Part shown: piece by piece, positions 1 through 10,833 of the stretch
How positions within the stretch are numbered: position 1 is the first letter of the stretch
Layout: each line of letters opens with the position of its first letter
Assembly (NCBI GenBank): GCA_963737635.1
Contig: CAVTTL010000001.1
Span: 896,001-960,000 of the forward strand
Reading direction: 5' to 3'
DNA from: an uncultured Methanoregulaceae archaeon
Lineage (GTDB): Archaea > Halobacteriota > Methanomicrobia > Methanomicrobiales > Methanospirillaceae
Length of the DNA: 64,000 nucleotides
Position numbers and translations under genes: made by a program
Notes under the pieces: model-generated
Database searches by the model: none
What the model was told of the DNA's origin: nothing
Seen by the model: only the letters and a program-made list of their open reading frames with translations

Positions 1-865
1 GGGTCGCCGGTTTCCGTACCCGGACCGTGAGAATGCCGATGATGCTTGCAAACAGGCCGAATGCGCACATCACAATAGGGAAGAGGACGCCGTTCTCGCC
101 GAAGACCGGGAAGAGCGCAACACCGAGGATCATCGCACCGATATTTTCGGCAGCGGTGGACTCGAAGAGATCGGCGCCGCGGCCGGCACAGTCACCAACG
201 TTATCCCCGACGAGATCTGCGACAACAGCCGGATTCCGGACATCGTCTTCAGGAATGCCCGCCTCAACTTTGCCTACGAGGTCTGCACCGACATCGGCGG
301 CCTTAGTATAGATACCGCCGCCGAGCTGGGCAAAGAGTGCGACAAATGAGGCCCCAAAACCATAGCCGACAATAATAAACGGCGTGGTCTGCGGGTTTGC
401 ACCAAGGGCGTAGTAGGTGAGCGAGACCCCCAGAAGGGACATAGCGACGATAATCAGGCCCGAGATCGCACCGCCCCGAAACGAGGTTTCAAGGGCTTTT
501 GCGGCACTGCTTTGGGCAGCTGCCGCGGTGCGGACATTCGATCGCACAGCGACCGACATGCCTATAACCCCGGCGAGGGCGCTGCAGAACGCACCGAAAA
601 GGTACGCAAGTGCAGTGTCAATGGCAAGCCCTTGCTGACCGGTGAGGAAGTACACGCAGAAGATAGCTAAAGCGAGTACTATCGCTAATCCTGCGATGGT
701 CGAATACTGTCGCTTGATGAATGCTTCCGCACCCACCCGGATCGCATCGGCAACTTCCTTCATCTTGGGCGTCCCCTCATCTTGGGCGAGGACACTGCGT
801 GCGAGAAGGCCTGCGACGATCAGTGCGATGATGCTTATGATAACGACAACTGCAATTTCAAACAT
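1..865 (-). CDS. hppA: Membrane-bound H+/Na+-translocating pyrophosphatase (5' part; runs off the window)
   Basis: Minus-strand translation from ATG at 865 (MFEIAVVVIISIIALIVAG...) contains GGGIYTKAADVGADLVGKVEAGIPEDDVRNPAVVADLVGDNVGDCAGRGADLFE, the M-PPase signature. GGAGG RBS upstream. Absent from the ORF track because it has no stop in the window. Confidence 0.95.
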   Translation of the reverse strand, partial: MFEIAVVVIISIIALIVAGLLARSVLAQDEGTPKMKEVADAIRVGAEAFIKRQYSTIAGLAIVLALAIFCVYFLTGQQGLAIDTALAYLFGAFCSALAGVIGMSVAVRSNVRTAAAAQSSAAKALETSFRGGAISGLIIVAMSLLGVSLTYYALGANPQTTPFIIVGYGFGASFVALFAQLGGGIYTKAADVGADLVGKVEAGIPEDDVRNPAVVADLVGDNVGDCAGRGADLFESTAAENIGAMILGVALFPVFGENGVLFPIVMCAFGLFASIIGILTVRVRKPAT

Positions 866-1294
866 TCCCTGACCTCCCTGCTATGTTGTGGAACCGTGGT
901 ATGCAAACCGCGATGCTGATACCGCTTCTCCGGAACAGCCGGTCTGATAGTAAGGCCATAACACATCAGGTTTGATGATCACAAGGCAGGACTCCCGTCA
1001 TACCCTGTGAATATGATACCCCTTCAGGATGGTGCCATGTCTTGGGATACAAATGTCCCTGCCACGCCGGCCACCCGCCATCAGGACAGTATTACTGCAT
1101 TTTTGTTACATTAAAATTTATCACAATTATTCCGGCGCGGGAAGAATCGCGGACGACCCTAAGAGATCTCAGCATAAATAGAACAGGAGTTTGGATAAAA
1201 ACCGAAGAGATCCGGGAAAGATTTCCCCCTCCTGCCGGTGTAACGCGATGAATTCAATACGATTAATAATGAAAAATCACCATAGTTCCGGTGG

Positions 1295-3207
1295 GTGGAT
1301 ATAAGCGTGCAGCTGTTACTCTTTCTTATCCTGTTTCCCCTGATAACGGCGTTCTTTATGCTTGCGGTGCGCCGGGATGCAGAGCGGGGCTGGATAGTAA
1401 AACTCTCGGCACTGGCAATAGGGGCAGTGACCGTCTTGCTCCTCTTGACCCAGTTTAATCAGGGGACCTTGTATTATGGGTTCGATGCAGAGGCTGTCAA
1501 CCTGTTGATGTTTGTCCTTGAGATGGCGATCACGGTCATCATCCTCGGTTTTGCCATCAGGTTCCGCAATTACCTGGTCATCGCTCTCACTCTTGCCGAG
1601 ACTGCGCTGATCATCTGGTTTGAGTCCGTTGCCACTCCTGCGGTGGCGGTGAAGTCTCCCCTCTTTATCGACCAGTTCTCCATCATCATGGCCCTTATCG
1701 TCGGCATCATCGGGAGCCTGATCTGCGTATATTCCCTCGGGTACATGCGGCATTTCTACCAGCACCATACCGGGATTCCCGACCGGACCAATACCTTCTT
1801 TCTCATTATTTTTGTTTTCATCTCCGCGATGTTCGGGCTGGTCTTTTCTAACAGCCTCATCTGGGTCTTCTTCTTCTGGGAAGTGACCACACTCTGTTCG
1901 TTCCTCCTCATCGGGTTCACTAAAACCGAGGAGGCGACAAAGAACGCGTTTACTGCCCTGTGGATGAACCTTCTCGGCGGCATTGCATTTGCGGCGGCCA
2001 TAGTCTACCTGACGTACCAGCCGGCTGGCATGCTCGGCCTTGATCAGGTTCTTGTCTCCGGAAAGGCACTTGTCCTTATTCCGGCAGCACTGATCGGGTT
2101 TGCCGGCCTTACCAAGGCCGCCCAGATGCCGTTCTCTTCGTGGCTCGTAGGGGCGATGGTAGCACCGACACCCGTCTCGGCCCTGCTCCATTCCAGCACC
2201 ATGGTAAAGGCCGGTGTCTATATTCTTGTCCGGTTCGCGCCGGTCTTCCAGGGAACCACCATAGGATATTCTCTTGCCTTTGTCGGGGCGTTTACCTTTC
2301 TCGTTGCGTCCGGGATCGCGATCTCCCAGACCAACGCCAAACGAGTGCTCGCATACTCTACGATTGCCAATCTTGGTCTCGTGGTAGCGTGCGCGGGGAT
2401 CGGGACGTACGAGCGATCTGGGCCGCGATCCTCCTGATCATCTTCCATGCGATCTCGAAGTCCCTCATGTTCTTGGCCGTGGGAACTGTCGAACACAGGA
2501 TCAAAAGCCGGGAGATTGAGGACATGAACGGGCTTATTGTCCGGATGCCCCGGATCGCCGCGATGATGGTAATCGGGATAGCCGGGATGTTCCTTGCACC
2601 GTTTGGGATGCTCATCTCCAAGTGGGCGGCGATTCAGGCATTCATTGATGCGCCGTTCGGCCTCGTCTTTGTCGTGATCCTGATCTTCGGTAGCGCCCTT
2701 ACCCTCTTTTTCTGGGCGAAATGGATGGGAAAACTCCTTATGATTACGCCGGATACGGAGAACGTTGAGGGTGCTGTTGACAAAAACGAGTGGGTGGCAC
2801 TTGTGTCGCTTTCAGGGCTTACGGCCGTCACCTGCTTTATCTTCCCGGTAATCTCTGCAATACTCATAGAGCCGTTCCTGCTCGCTAATTACGGCAGCAC
2901 CGCCCAGCTTTCTCAGGACAACATCATCATCATGGTAATGATGATGTTTTTAATCGTTCTCCTGCCCCTGAGCATCCTGCTTCCCCACAGGAAACACCGG
3001 AATCTTCCCCCGTATATGGGTGGCATAGTAACGACGCGGGATATGCATTTCCAAAGTTCTCTCGGGGTGAAGACTGAGATGAGACTCTCCAACTATTACG
3101 TGAGCTCATGGTTCGGTGAGGCCAAGCTTGCTATGGCCGGTATCTGCCTCGGCGCAGTCTTTATCGTCATCATGTTTACAGCAGCGGTTACCGGAGGCAT
3201 TTTATGA
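1295..3207 (+). CDS. echA: Ech hydrogenase subunit A (NuoL/MrpA-like antiporter subunit); apparent frameshift near 2413
   Basis: ORFs 1295-2437 and 2140-3207 join at GTYE/AIWAAI. Motifs FFFWE, KAAQMPFSSWLVGAMVAPTPVSALLHSSTMV, HAISKS. First gene of the ech operon. Confidence 0.9.
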
Positions 3208-4061
3208 TCTCTCTTGCCGGGGCTGTTGTTTTCGTCCTGCTTGCGCCAGTTATTGGTGGCCTTCTCGCAGGTATCGACCGCAAAGTGACTGCTCACATGC
3301 AGGGCAGGGTTGGCCCTTCGATTTTCCAGCCGTTCTACGATGTAGGAAAACTCTTCGAGAAAGAAGGTGCCATGGTGAACGAAACCCAGCGCTTCTATGT
3401 GCTCAGTTATTTTGTGTTTGCCATCTTCGCCGGGGGGCTCTTCTTTTCCGGCGGGAATCTCCTGCTTGTGGTCTTTGCACTCACGCTCGCTGAAGTGTTC
3501 CTGGTTCTCGGAGCTTACGCAGCAAACTCACCGTACAGCCACATTGGCGCGGAACGGGAGCTTATCCAGATCATGGCCTATGAGCCCATGCTCCTTCTTG
3601 CAGCGGTTGCTATGTACGTTGTCACGCGATCGTTCAACGTGAGCGATATCGTCGGATTTCCGGGGTTTCTTGTCGTTCTCCTGCCGGGGGTTTTCCTCGG
3701 TTTTATCTACATACTAACGATCAAGCTGCGCAAATCCCCATTCGATATCTCGACCTCCCATCACGCCCACCAGGAGATCGTTAAAGGGGTGACAATCGAG
3801 TTCTCGGGTCCGAACCTCGGCTTTATCGAAGTGGCACACTGGTACGAAGTGGTTCTCCTGCTTGGTTTTGTCTTCCTGTTCTTTGCGGTTAACTGGCTCG
3901 TTGGTATCATCGCAATCATCATTGTCTATCTGCTCGAACTTATCATAGACAACACCAATGCAAGGGTGAAGTGGCAGCTTGTTGTGAAGAGCTCGTGGGC
4001 GGTTGCCCTTATTTTTGGAGCAGCAAATATCGCGGTTTTATACTTCATCGGGAGAGTCTGA
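3204..4061 (+). CDS. echB: Ech hydrogenase subunit B (NuoH-like)
   Basis: DRKVTAHMQGRVGP, QPFYDVGKL, RKSPFD, HQEIVKG; operon position. Confidence 0.92.
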   Translation: MISLAGAVVFVLLAPVIGGLLAGIDRKVTAHMQGRVGPSIFQPFYDVGKLFEKEGAMVNETQRFYVLSYFVFAIFAGGLFFSGGNLLLVVFALTLAEVFLVLGAYAANSPYSHIGAERELIQIMAYEPMLLLAAVAMYVVTRSFNVSDIVGFPGFLVVLLPGVFLGFIYILTIKLRKSPFDISTSHHAHQEIVKGVTIEFSGPNLGFIEVAHWYEVVLLLGFVFLFFAVNWLVGIIAIIIVYLLELIIDNTNARVKWQLVVKSSWAVALIFGAANIAVLYFIGRV

Positions 4062-4067
4062 AACATC

Positions 4068-4556
4068 ATGGCATACTTAAAGAAATCACCTTGGATAATC
4101 CACTACGATGCTTCGAGCTGCAATGGCTGTGATATCGAGATTCTCGCCTGCCTTTCCCCCATGTACGATGTGGAACGTTTCGGGATCATCAATACCGGCA
4201 ACCCTAAGCATGCCGATATCTTTGTGGTGACTGGAACGGTCAACGAGCAGAACAAGTACGTGATAAAAAATATCTACGACCAAATGCCTAACCCGAAGGT
4301 TGTGGTGGCGGTAGGCATCTGTGCGACCTCTGCGGGCATTTTCCGGGAATGCTACAATGTCGCCGGGGGAATCGATACGACTATCCCGGTGGACGTCTAC
4401 GTGCCTGGCTGCGCTGCCCGACCTGAGTCCATTATTGATGGGATCGTTACGGCGCTTGGTATTCTTGAGGAGAAGCGGGCGGCTATGGTATTGGGCAGTT
4501 CCCAGAAGCAGCCGGTCCCTGCTGGTGCAGGGGAAAAACCCACGGGAGGTGCGTGA
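4068..4556 (+). CDS. echC: Ech hydrogenase small subunit C (NuoB-like)
   Basis: SCNGCDIE, NPKHAD, GICA, VDVYVPGCAARPE. Confidence 0.93.
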   Translation: MAYLKKSPWIIHYDASSCNGCDIEILACLSPMYDVERFGIINTGNPKHADIFVVTGTVNEQNKYVIKNIYDQMPNPKVVVAVGICATSAGIFRECYNVAGGIDTTIPVDVYVPGCAARPESIIDGIVTALGILEEKRAAMVLGSSQKQPVPAGAGEKPTGGA

Positions 4557-4936
4557 ATGGTCCTTGACCAGCAGACCACCATACCGATCGGCATTGATGA
4601 ACTGGTCTCCCGTACGGCGCAGATGAAAAAGGAGGGATGCCGGCTGGTCCAGATCGGCTGCACGAAGATCGGTGATGACTTCGAGATCAACTATGTGTTC
4701 GACAAGGACTTCGTGCTTACCGACCTGCGTATAACGGTAAAGCAAGACTCGGTCGTACCAAGTGTAAGCAGCGTGTATTTCGGGGCGTTTGTGTACAAAA
4801 TGAGATCCATGACCTGTACGGCATCACGGTCGCCGGGATGAACATCGACTTCGGCGGGCAGTTCTACCGGACAACGATCAAACAACCGTTCACGGTTACC
4901 ATCACCAAGGAGGACACCTCATGTCAAAACAAATAA
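4557..4936 (+). CDS. echD: Ech hydrogenase subunit D (NuoC-like); apparent frameshift near 4797
   Basis: RLVQIGCT...VPSVSSVYFGAFVY continues in another frame as NEIHDLYGITVAGMNIDFGGQFY...CQNK-stop at 4936. Confidence 0.88.
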
Positions 4937-6000
4937 CCGTCCCGTTCGGGCCCCAGCACCCAGTGCTTCCCGAACCAATCCATCTCGACCTTGTGCTCGA
5001 GGATGAGCGGGTAGTGGACGCGATTCCTTCAATCGGGTACGTCCACCGGGGCCTCGAAAAGCTCGTGGAGAAACGGGAATACCCTGAGTACATCTATGTT
5101 GCGGAACGCATCTGCGGGATCTGCAGCTGACATCCACAGCAACACGTATGCGCAGGGCATCGAGCAGATTATGAAAATTGAGGTGCCCGAGCGTGCGCAG
5201 TTCCTCCGGACCATCTGGTCGGAGTACTCGAGGTTGCATTCACACCTCCTCTGGCTTGGGCTTTTTGCAGACTCGATGGGCTTTGAGAGCGTCTTTATGA
5301 ACGCGTGGAAACTCCGGGAGCACATCCTCGATGATCTGGAATCTACCACAGGTGGCCGAGTGATCCAAGGTGTCTGCAAAGTGGGGGGTGTCCGGAGGGA
5401 CATTGCGCCTGAGAAATTGGACGAGATGGTAAAAGGACTCAAAGGGCTGGAGCCTGCGTTCCGCGATCTTACGAGTGTGTTCCTGAACGACGCTTCGGTC
5501 AGCCACCGGCTCAGGGGTATCGGGATACTCCAGAAAGGGGATGCCTACACCCTTGGTGCCGTCGGCCCCACGGCCCGGGGGAGCGGGATCGCAATCGACC
5601 TCCGCCAGACGGGCTATGCGGCGTACGACAGGATCAATTTCAAACCCGTTGTGGAGCATGATGGGGACTGCTATGCCCGGTGTGCGGTGCGGGCAAAGGA
5701 GCTCTTCACATCGGTTGATATCATCGAACAGTGCGCAAAGAAGATCCCCGACGGCCCGATCGAAGTGAAAGTAACCGGCGCCCGGACGGCGAGTACTTCT
5801 CCCGTGCCGAACAGCCCCGTGGTGAAGTCGTCCACTACATCAAGGGGAACGGCAAGAGAAACCTCGTCCGGCACCGGGTGAGAACACCGACATTTACGAA
5901 TCTCCCTCCACTTGTCACGCTCCTCAAAGGTTGTGAGCTTGCCGATGTGCCGGTTATTGTTCTCTCAATCGATCCCTGTGTCGGCTGCGCGGAGAGGTGA
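4921..6000 (+). CDS. echE: Ech hydrogenase large [NiFe] subunit E; apparent frameshifts near 5128 and 5782
   Basis: PFGPQHP, HRGLEK, L1 motif ERICGICS and C-terminal L2 motif DPCVGCAER with no C-terminal extension (group 4 type), spread over three overlapping ORFs. Confidence 0.92.
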
Positions 6001-6003
6001 AGC

Positions 6004-6405
6004 ATGACCTACTTTGAGATGACAAAGACCGTGATAAAGAGCCTTTTCTCCCGTCCTGCTACCCTGATGTACCCGGCAAAGCCGGCCAAGAAGACGAGTC
6101 TCACCCGCGGTCATGTGTGCATTGATCCGGAAAAATGCATTGCCTGCGGATCCTGTCAGCGTAAGTGCCCGACACAGGCGATCTGTGTGGTGATGAAGGA
6201 GAAGACCTGGCAGATAGACCGGCTGCGCTGCATCGTCTGCAACTGCTGTGTCGAGGTCTGCCCCACAAAGTGCCTTTCGATGGATACGCAGTATACTGCG
6301 GTTATGACCGTCCATGGTGGATTATACAAGGTGACGGTCGCCGGGCCAAAGAAAAAGGAACCGGCACCGGCAGGTGCTGAAGGCGCTAAACCGGTCAAGG
6401 AATAA
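6004..6405 (+). CDS. echF: Ech hydrogenase subunit F (2x[4Fe-4S], NuoI-like)
   Basis: PATLMYP, CIACGSCQRKCP and CIVCNCCVEVCP. Confidence 0.92.
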   Translation: MTYFEMTKTVIKSLFSRPATLMYPAKPAKKTSLTRGHVCIDPEKCIACGSCQRKCPTQAICVVMKEKTWQIDRLRCIVCNCCVEVCPTKCLSMDTQYTAVMTVHGGLYKVTVAGPKKKEPAPAGAEGAKPVKE

Positions 6406-6417
6406 TAATATCGAACC

Positions 6418-6424
6418 CTTTTTT
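6418..6424 (+). terminator. Oligo-T tract after echF
   Basis: T-run about 12 nt after the echF stop, between convergent genes; typical archaeal intrinsic terminator. Confidence 0.45.
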
Positions 6425-6437
6425 CAGGTCAATAATT

Positions 6438-8135
6438 TCACGTAAGGCCAAAGAGCATCCGGTATGCCCGGGCAATCTCTGACACACTCCACGCTTGGGC
6501 AATACATCCGTTAGGAAGGAAGGGGTAGTCTCCATCAAATATTTCAGATACATACCCCACTCCGCACTCCTTTAAATGATGGAGAATAGGGACAAGAACC
6601 TGAGCTGCTCTTTCCCGTGGAACCCCGTTCCGGAGAAGTGCCTCGCAGTAATAACCGGTAAGCCATGGCCAGACACACCCGTTATGATAACTACTGTCAC
6701 CGTTATACCGCCCGTGGTATTCCGGATCTGCCGGGGAAAGCGAACGAAGACCATAGGGTGTCAAGAGCAACCGACGGATAGTATTCAACGCGGCTGTGGC
6801 CTGTTTTTGGTCGACAAGACCCAGAGCGATTGCAATTACCTGATTAGGCCGGACTGAAGGATCAACCGGATCGATCACATCATAGAGGCATTTTCGATCC
6901 TCGTTCCAGAAGTGCCGGAATGCTTTCAACGCCGATTCTGAACTGACCGGAGTCCCGATCCCCATTGCCTCCGCTTCCACCAGAGCATGCACCCAGAGAG
7001 CGTTGATCTCGACTGGTTTTCCCTTTCGGGAAGTAAACTCCGTATCCATCCAGGTGCTTTTTGGGACAACGGTGATGAGATCATGATCCAAGGATGCGAC
7101 ATCTGAAGCGGGATACTTCATCAGGATATCCTCGATGACCGGTTTCATTGCCTCTATGAACGGATCATCCCCCCACCGGCTCCTGTACCGGAGGAGGGCC
7201 TGGATAAACCATAACGAGGCATCGCTTGTATGGTAGTTATCAGGAAACCTATTGGGGATCACGCCGTTCCTTCGCATATCGGAAAGTCGCTTGAGCACGG
7301 CCTGAGCTTTCTCTTTCAGGCCGCGATCGATGAGCAGGCCGACGACGCTGATCGTGGAATCCCGCCCCCAGGATTCGCAGAACCAGTGGTACCCCGCGAA
7401 TATTTCGTCGTTGTGGCAGAATGCGTCAGATGCCCATTCCAGCCAGTCAAGATCGTTTTGTGGTGATCGTATCCGTGCCGGATCGGAGTGACGAGACACA
7501 TCTCCTGTACACCGGAATGTAACGGTGGAATCCCGCACATGACCTTGGTAAACCCCTGGGGAATAAAGATCCTCCGAGGATTCGTACCCCCGTTCGTGTT
7601 CCCGCTGGTACCACACATCCCAGTAAGTATCCGGGAGAGGCTTGTAGGGAATATCGCCCTCGAAAGAAAGCCGGCTCCACCGGAAACCACGAGATTCCTG
7701 TATGCACTCCGGTGCAGGATCCCTCATTATTTCATGTACCGATCGATCAGTGATCAGGGGACGGATCCACAGGTCCGCCTCACCGGAAATATCGTACTCT
7801 ATCCTGAGGCCTTCGTCGAAAAGGATCCTTTTTTTGAGAATAACGCCCTCAATCCAGTAGACCCATAAAGGAGGATATGCTGAAAACGCCACAAGGTATC
7901 GGAGTCCCGTAGTGCTAGCATCCCCTTGGTATTGCTGGGCAGAGAGAGGGATTCCGTTTACCCGTTCGTCGAGCCCGGCAAGGAGCAGGCGCCCGTCCCG
8001 GATGAAAAGGCCGTGATATTTTCTGGTATTGGCACTTACCGTCGAGGAAGAATATGCATGATCCGCAGTCATGAGAAATTCAAGCGAACGGGCGATACCG
8101 GGGTCTTGAACCTCCCTCCCGTACTGGAATACCAT
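6438..8135 (-). CDS. Amylo-alpha-1,6-glucosidase (archaeal glycogen debranching enzyme family)
   Basis: NTRKYHGL, AGYHWFCESWGRD, STWMD, RKGKPVEINALW, RPNQ, SYHNGCVWPW, EIFDG, AQAWS. Start placed at MVFQYG. Confidence 0.9.
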   Translation of the reverse strand: MVFQYGREVQDPGIARSLEFLMTADHAYSSSTVSANTRKYHGLFIRDGRLLLAGLDERVNGIPLSAQQYQGDASTTGLRYLVAFSAYPPLWVYWIEGVILKKRILFDEGLRIEYDISGEADLWIRPLITDRSVHEIMRDPAPECIQESRGFRWSRLSFEGDIPYKPLPDTYWDVWYQREHERGYESSEDLYSPGVYQGHVRDSTVTFRCTGDVSRHSDPARIRSPQNDLDWLEWASDAFCHNDEIFAGYHWFCESWGRDSTISVVGLLIDRGLKEKAQAVLKRLSDMRRNGVIPNRFPDNYHTSDASLWFIQALLRYRSRWGDDPFIEAMKPVIEDILMKYPASDVASLDHDLITVVPKSTWMDTEFTSRKGKPVEINALWVHALVEAEAMGIGTPVSSESALKAFRHFWNEDRKCLYDVIDPVDPSVRPNQVIAIALGLVDQKQATAALNTIRRLLLTPYGLRSLSPADPEYHGRYNGDSSYHNGCVWPWLTGYYCEALLRNGVPRERAAQVLVPILHHLKECGVGYVSEIFDGDYPFLPNGCIAQAWSVSEIARAYRMLFGLT

Positions 8136-8154
8136 CAAAATCTCCGTCAGGTAG

Positions 8155-9397
8155 TTAGCTCCCGGAAATTTCCCGGTAGATCCTAAGAGTGTTTTCTGAA
8201 GCAGTTTCCCAGGTAAATTGATCGATAACCCGGGCCCTCCCGTTCTTTCCCATCGTTTCTGCAAGATCGGGATGTTTCAGGATATTGACTACGAATTTTG
8301 CGATATCCTGAGGTTCGTACGGATTAATATGGTACCCGCAAATTCCTTCGCCGTTGGGAATCACCTGCTCCCGGAAACCGGAAGTTCCCCGTGCGCCCAC
8401 AACGACCGGTTTTCCCATAGACATTGCTTCGGTACACACAATGCCAAAAGGCTCGTACTTTGAGGGCAGGACAACGATATCGGCAGCCGCATAATACAAG
8501 ATACGTTCTTCTTCCGGGGCCATCAAAAAATGCAGGATCACATTTTCTTCAAGGTGCAGGTTATGGACCATGTGCGAGAGCATCTGCTCCATGTCGCCTA
8601 CACCCAGAATAACCAGTTTTGCGTGAGGGAACTCTTTGAGGATAGCGGGCATCGCAAGGACGAGCATATCGGCTCCTTTTACCCAGGTGAGCCGGCCGAT
8701 AAAAAAGATCATCGGTGAATCCCCGACACCTATTTTCTCGCGGAACGCCTCGATCTGGCGGGGTGAAAACCGGGAGGGGTCATACTTCTTCTCATCAACG
8801 CCATTGTGAATCACGCGTATTTTATGCTCCGTATATCCGTAACTTACCAGCTCGTCTCTCATGGCATAGCTCTACTGTAACAATGGCGTCAGCAATGGTG
8901 GCCGACTGGCGTTCAATGTCCTTGATGGTCGGGGACCCGACCGGGTTCCTGCCCTGTTCCGTCGAATGGAAATGAAAAACGAACGGTAATCCGAGATTTT
9001 TTCTTGCGGTAATCCCGGCGAGTGCAGCAAGCCAGTCATGAGAAGCTACCAGATCGTAGTGCTGATTCTCCTTAGGAACGAGATAATTGACCAGTTTTGA
9101 CGCTGAAAGCAGATTGTAAAGAAGGGTCTCAGCGAAAAATTCCTGCCCGTTTTCATCCCATGTCCTGACTTCGTTTGGGTTAACAATGGAAATGATATCG
9201 GAAGTCTTCATCAACTTTGGCCGGTGGATATCTATTCCCGGGCGGATCTCCGAAGTAGGATCGTTGCCGGTATTTCGTGAAAAAACAGAAAGGGTATGCC
9301 CTCTGCGGACAAACTGGCGGGAGATCTCATCTGCATATGTCCCGAGCCCTCCCCGGAAAAAAGGAGGATATTCATCGACGAAATACGCAATTTTCAT
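8155..9397 (-). CDS. GT4 glycosyltransferase (glycogen synthase-like); apparent frameshift near 8871
   Basis: EYPPFFRGGLG, HDWL, HSTEQGR, then IHNGVD, GRLTWVKG, PSKYEPFGIVCTEAM. The two ORFs join at VTV/SYAMRDE. Confidence 0.88.
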
Positions 9398-10533
9398 GCG
9401 ACCACCCGTGCATACGTCCTGGTCATCTTTTCACCTATCGGGCCCCACAGGAACATCCGGTCAATTTTTTTCCTGCCCTGTTTCCCGAATGCAACCGCTT
9501 GAGAGGGTTTGTTTATGACCGTGTTAATGCCCTCTGCGAGCGCATCCGGTTGGGGTTCCACTTTAACGCCATCAATAAACGAATCGATGTTTTCCGAAAG
9601 ACCGCCTACATCGGATGCAACGACTCCTTTCTTGGCACTCCACGCCTCCAGAAGAACAAGACCGAATGGTTCATTCCTGCTCGGGATTACCACGAGATCG
9701 CAGGCATTGAGGAGACGAATATACTCGGCATCAGGAACATATCCGATGAAATTAACCGGGAGATCCTGCGCACGCTCCACCAGCACCTGACGCATGTCAC
9801 CTTCGCCGGCAACGATGAGTTTTGCGTCCCGGTGGTCCTGGCAGACGGTTTTTATCGCCCCGATAAGCAAGTCAGGGCCTTTCTGGTAAGCCAATCTGCC
9901 GATGAAAAGGATAAGCTGGTCAGATGGTTGAATCCCGTATGACTGCTTTATTTCAGCCGCATTGATCTCAGCATGAAACTGGCGCGGGATCACACCGTTT
10001 GGCACTACGTCGCATTTCCAGTCAGGAACGTTGTAGAGCTGCATGACCTCGTTTTTGAGGGTGGCAGACACGGCGGTTACGCGCTTTGCGATTAACCCCC
10101 CATACCATTCTTTGCCTGAGATCTCCTTAAATTCCCACCAGTCGCCAAAATGGTTGCCGCTTCTCCCGTATTCTGTCGAGTGATACGTCAGGATGGTGTT
10201 CCTGTCCTGCAGGAGATGGAGTGCCTGAACAGGATGCCAGTCGTTAAAATGAAGATAATCGAATTTCCGGCCATTGTCAAACCTGTGGAATTGCTCTACC
10301 ATCCCAAGGCTCATGTCGTTACAATATTCCACGATGTTATCGCCTTCCGGCTGACAGTAGTGATAAGCGACTTTGTTGACTGTTTGATCCGGGATCCAGC
10401 CGCGGGTGAAGAAATGTATCTCGTGATTCTTGGCAAGGGTCTCGGCAAGATGTGTCGCTGCTGGAGCAAGCCCCCCTACGCGTTCAGCATACAGCGATTC
10501 CCAGCAGAAAATGGCGATCTTAAGTGATTCCAA
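9394..10533 (-). CDS. GT4 glycosyltransferase (glycogen synthase-like)
   Basis: RVGGLA, HSTEYGR, PNGV, GRLAYQKG, PSRNEPFGLVLLEAW. TTG start at 10533 preceded by GGAGG. Confidence 0.88.
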   Translation of the reverse strand: MESLKIAIFCWESLYAERVGGLAPAATHLAETLAKNHEIHFFTRGWIPDQTVNKVAYHYCQPEGDNIVEYCNDMSLGMVEQFHRFDNGRKFDYLHFNDWHPVQALHLLQDRNTILTYHSTEYGRSGNHFGDWWEFKEISGKEWYGGLIAKRVTAVSATLKNEVMQLYNVPDWKCDVVPNGVIPRQFHAEINAAEIKQSYGIQPSDQLILFIGRLAYQKGPDLLIGAIKTVCQDHRDAKLIVAGEGDMRQVLVERAQDLPVNFIGYVPDAEYIRLLNACDLVVIPSRNEPFGLVLLEAWSAKKGVVASDVGGLSENIDSFIDGVKVEPQPDALAEGINTVINKPSQAVAFGKQGRKKIDRMFLWGPIGEKMTRTYARVVA

Positions 10534-10833
10534 AAATAATCCCTCCGTTAAAGAATGAGATTTTTCGGGCCCCCGGCCCTTCCAACAACCGGCGCTTTTG
10601 CAGTGAATCGGTTGGGTTACCAACACAGGATTCTTTTTGCAAAACCGTCTCCTTGTTTTCAGCAAAGGTAACGGTATCCGGGGGAAAATATATACCTTCG
10701 CCTGTTACTTAGGGTTGCAGGGGAATCGTTATCCGGAAAGAAAATGTCATCCAGAGTTCGTCAACCTCAAAAATAAATATGGTTGACGATAATTGTTTAT
10801 GCGATACGCTCACGGAAGGCGGAGGATTTTTTC

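Noticed and set aside
5113-5135. In-frame TGA right after the echE CGICS motif as possible selenocysteine
   Set aside because: The downstream sequence continues in a different frame and both L1 cysteines are already present, so a one-base insertion explains it.
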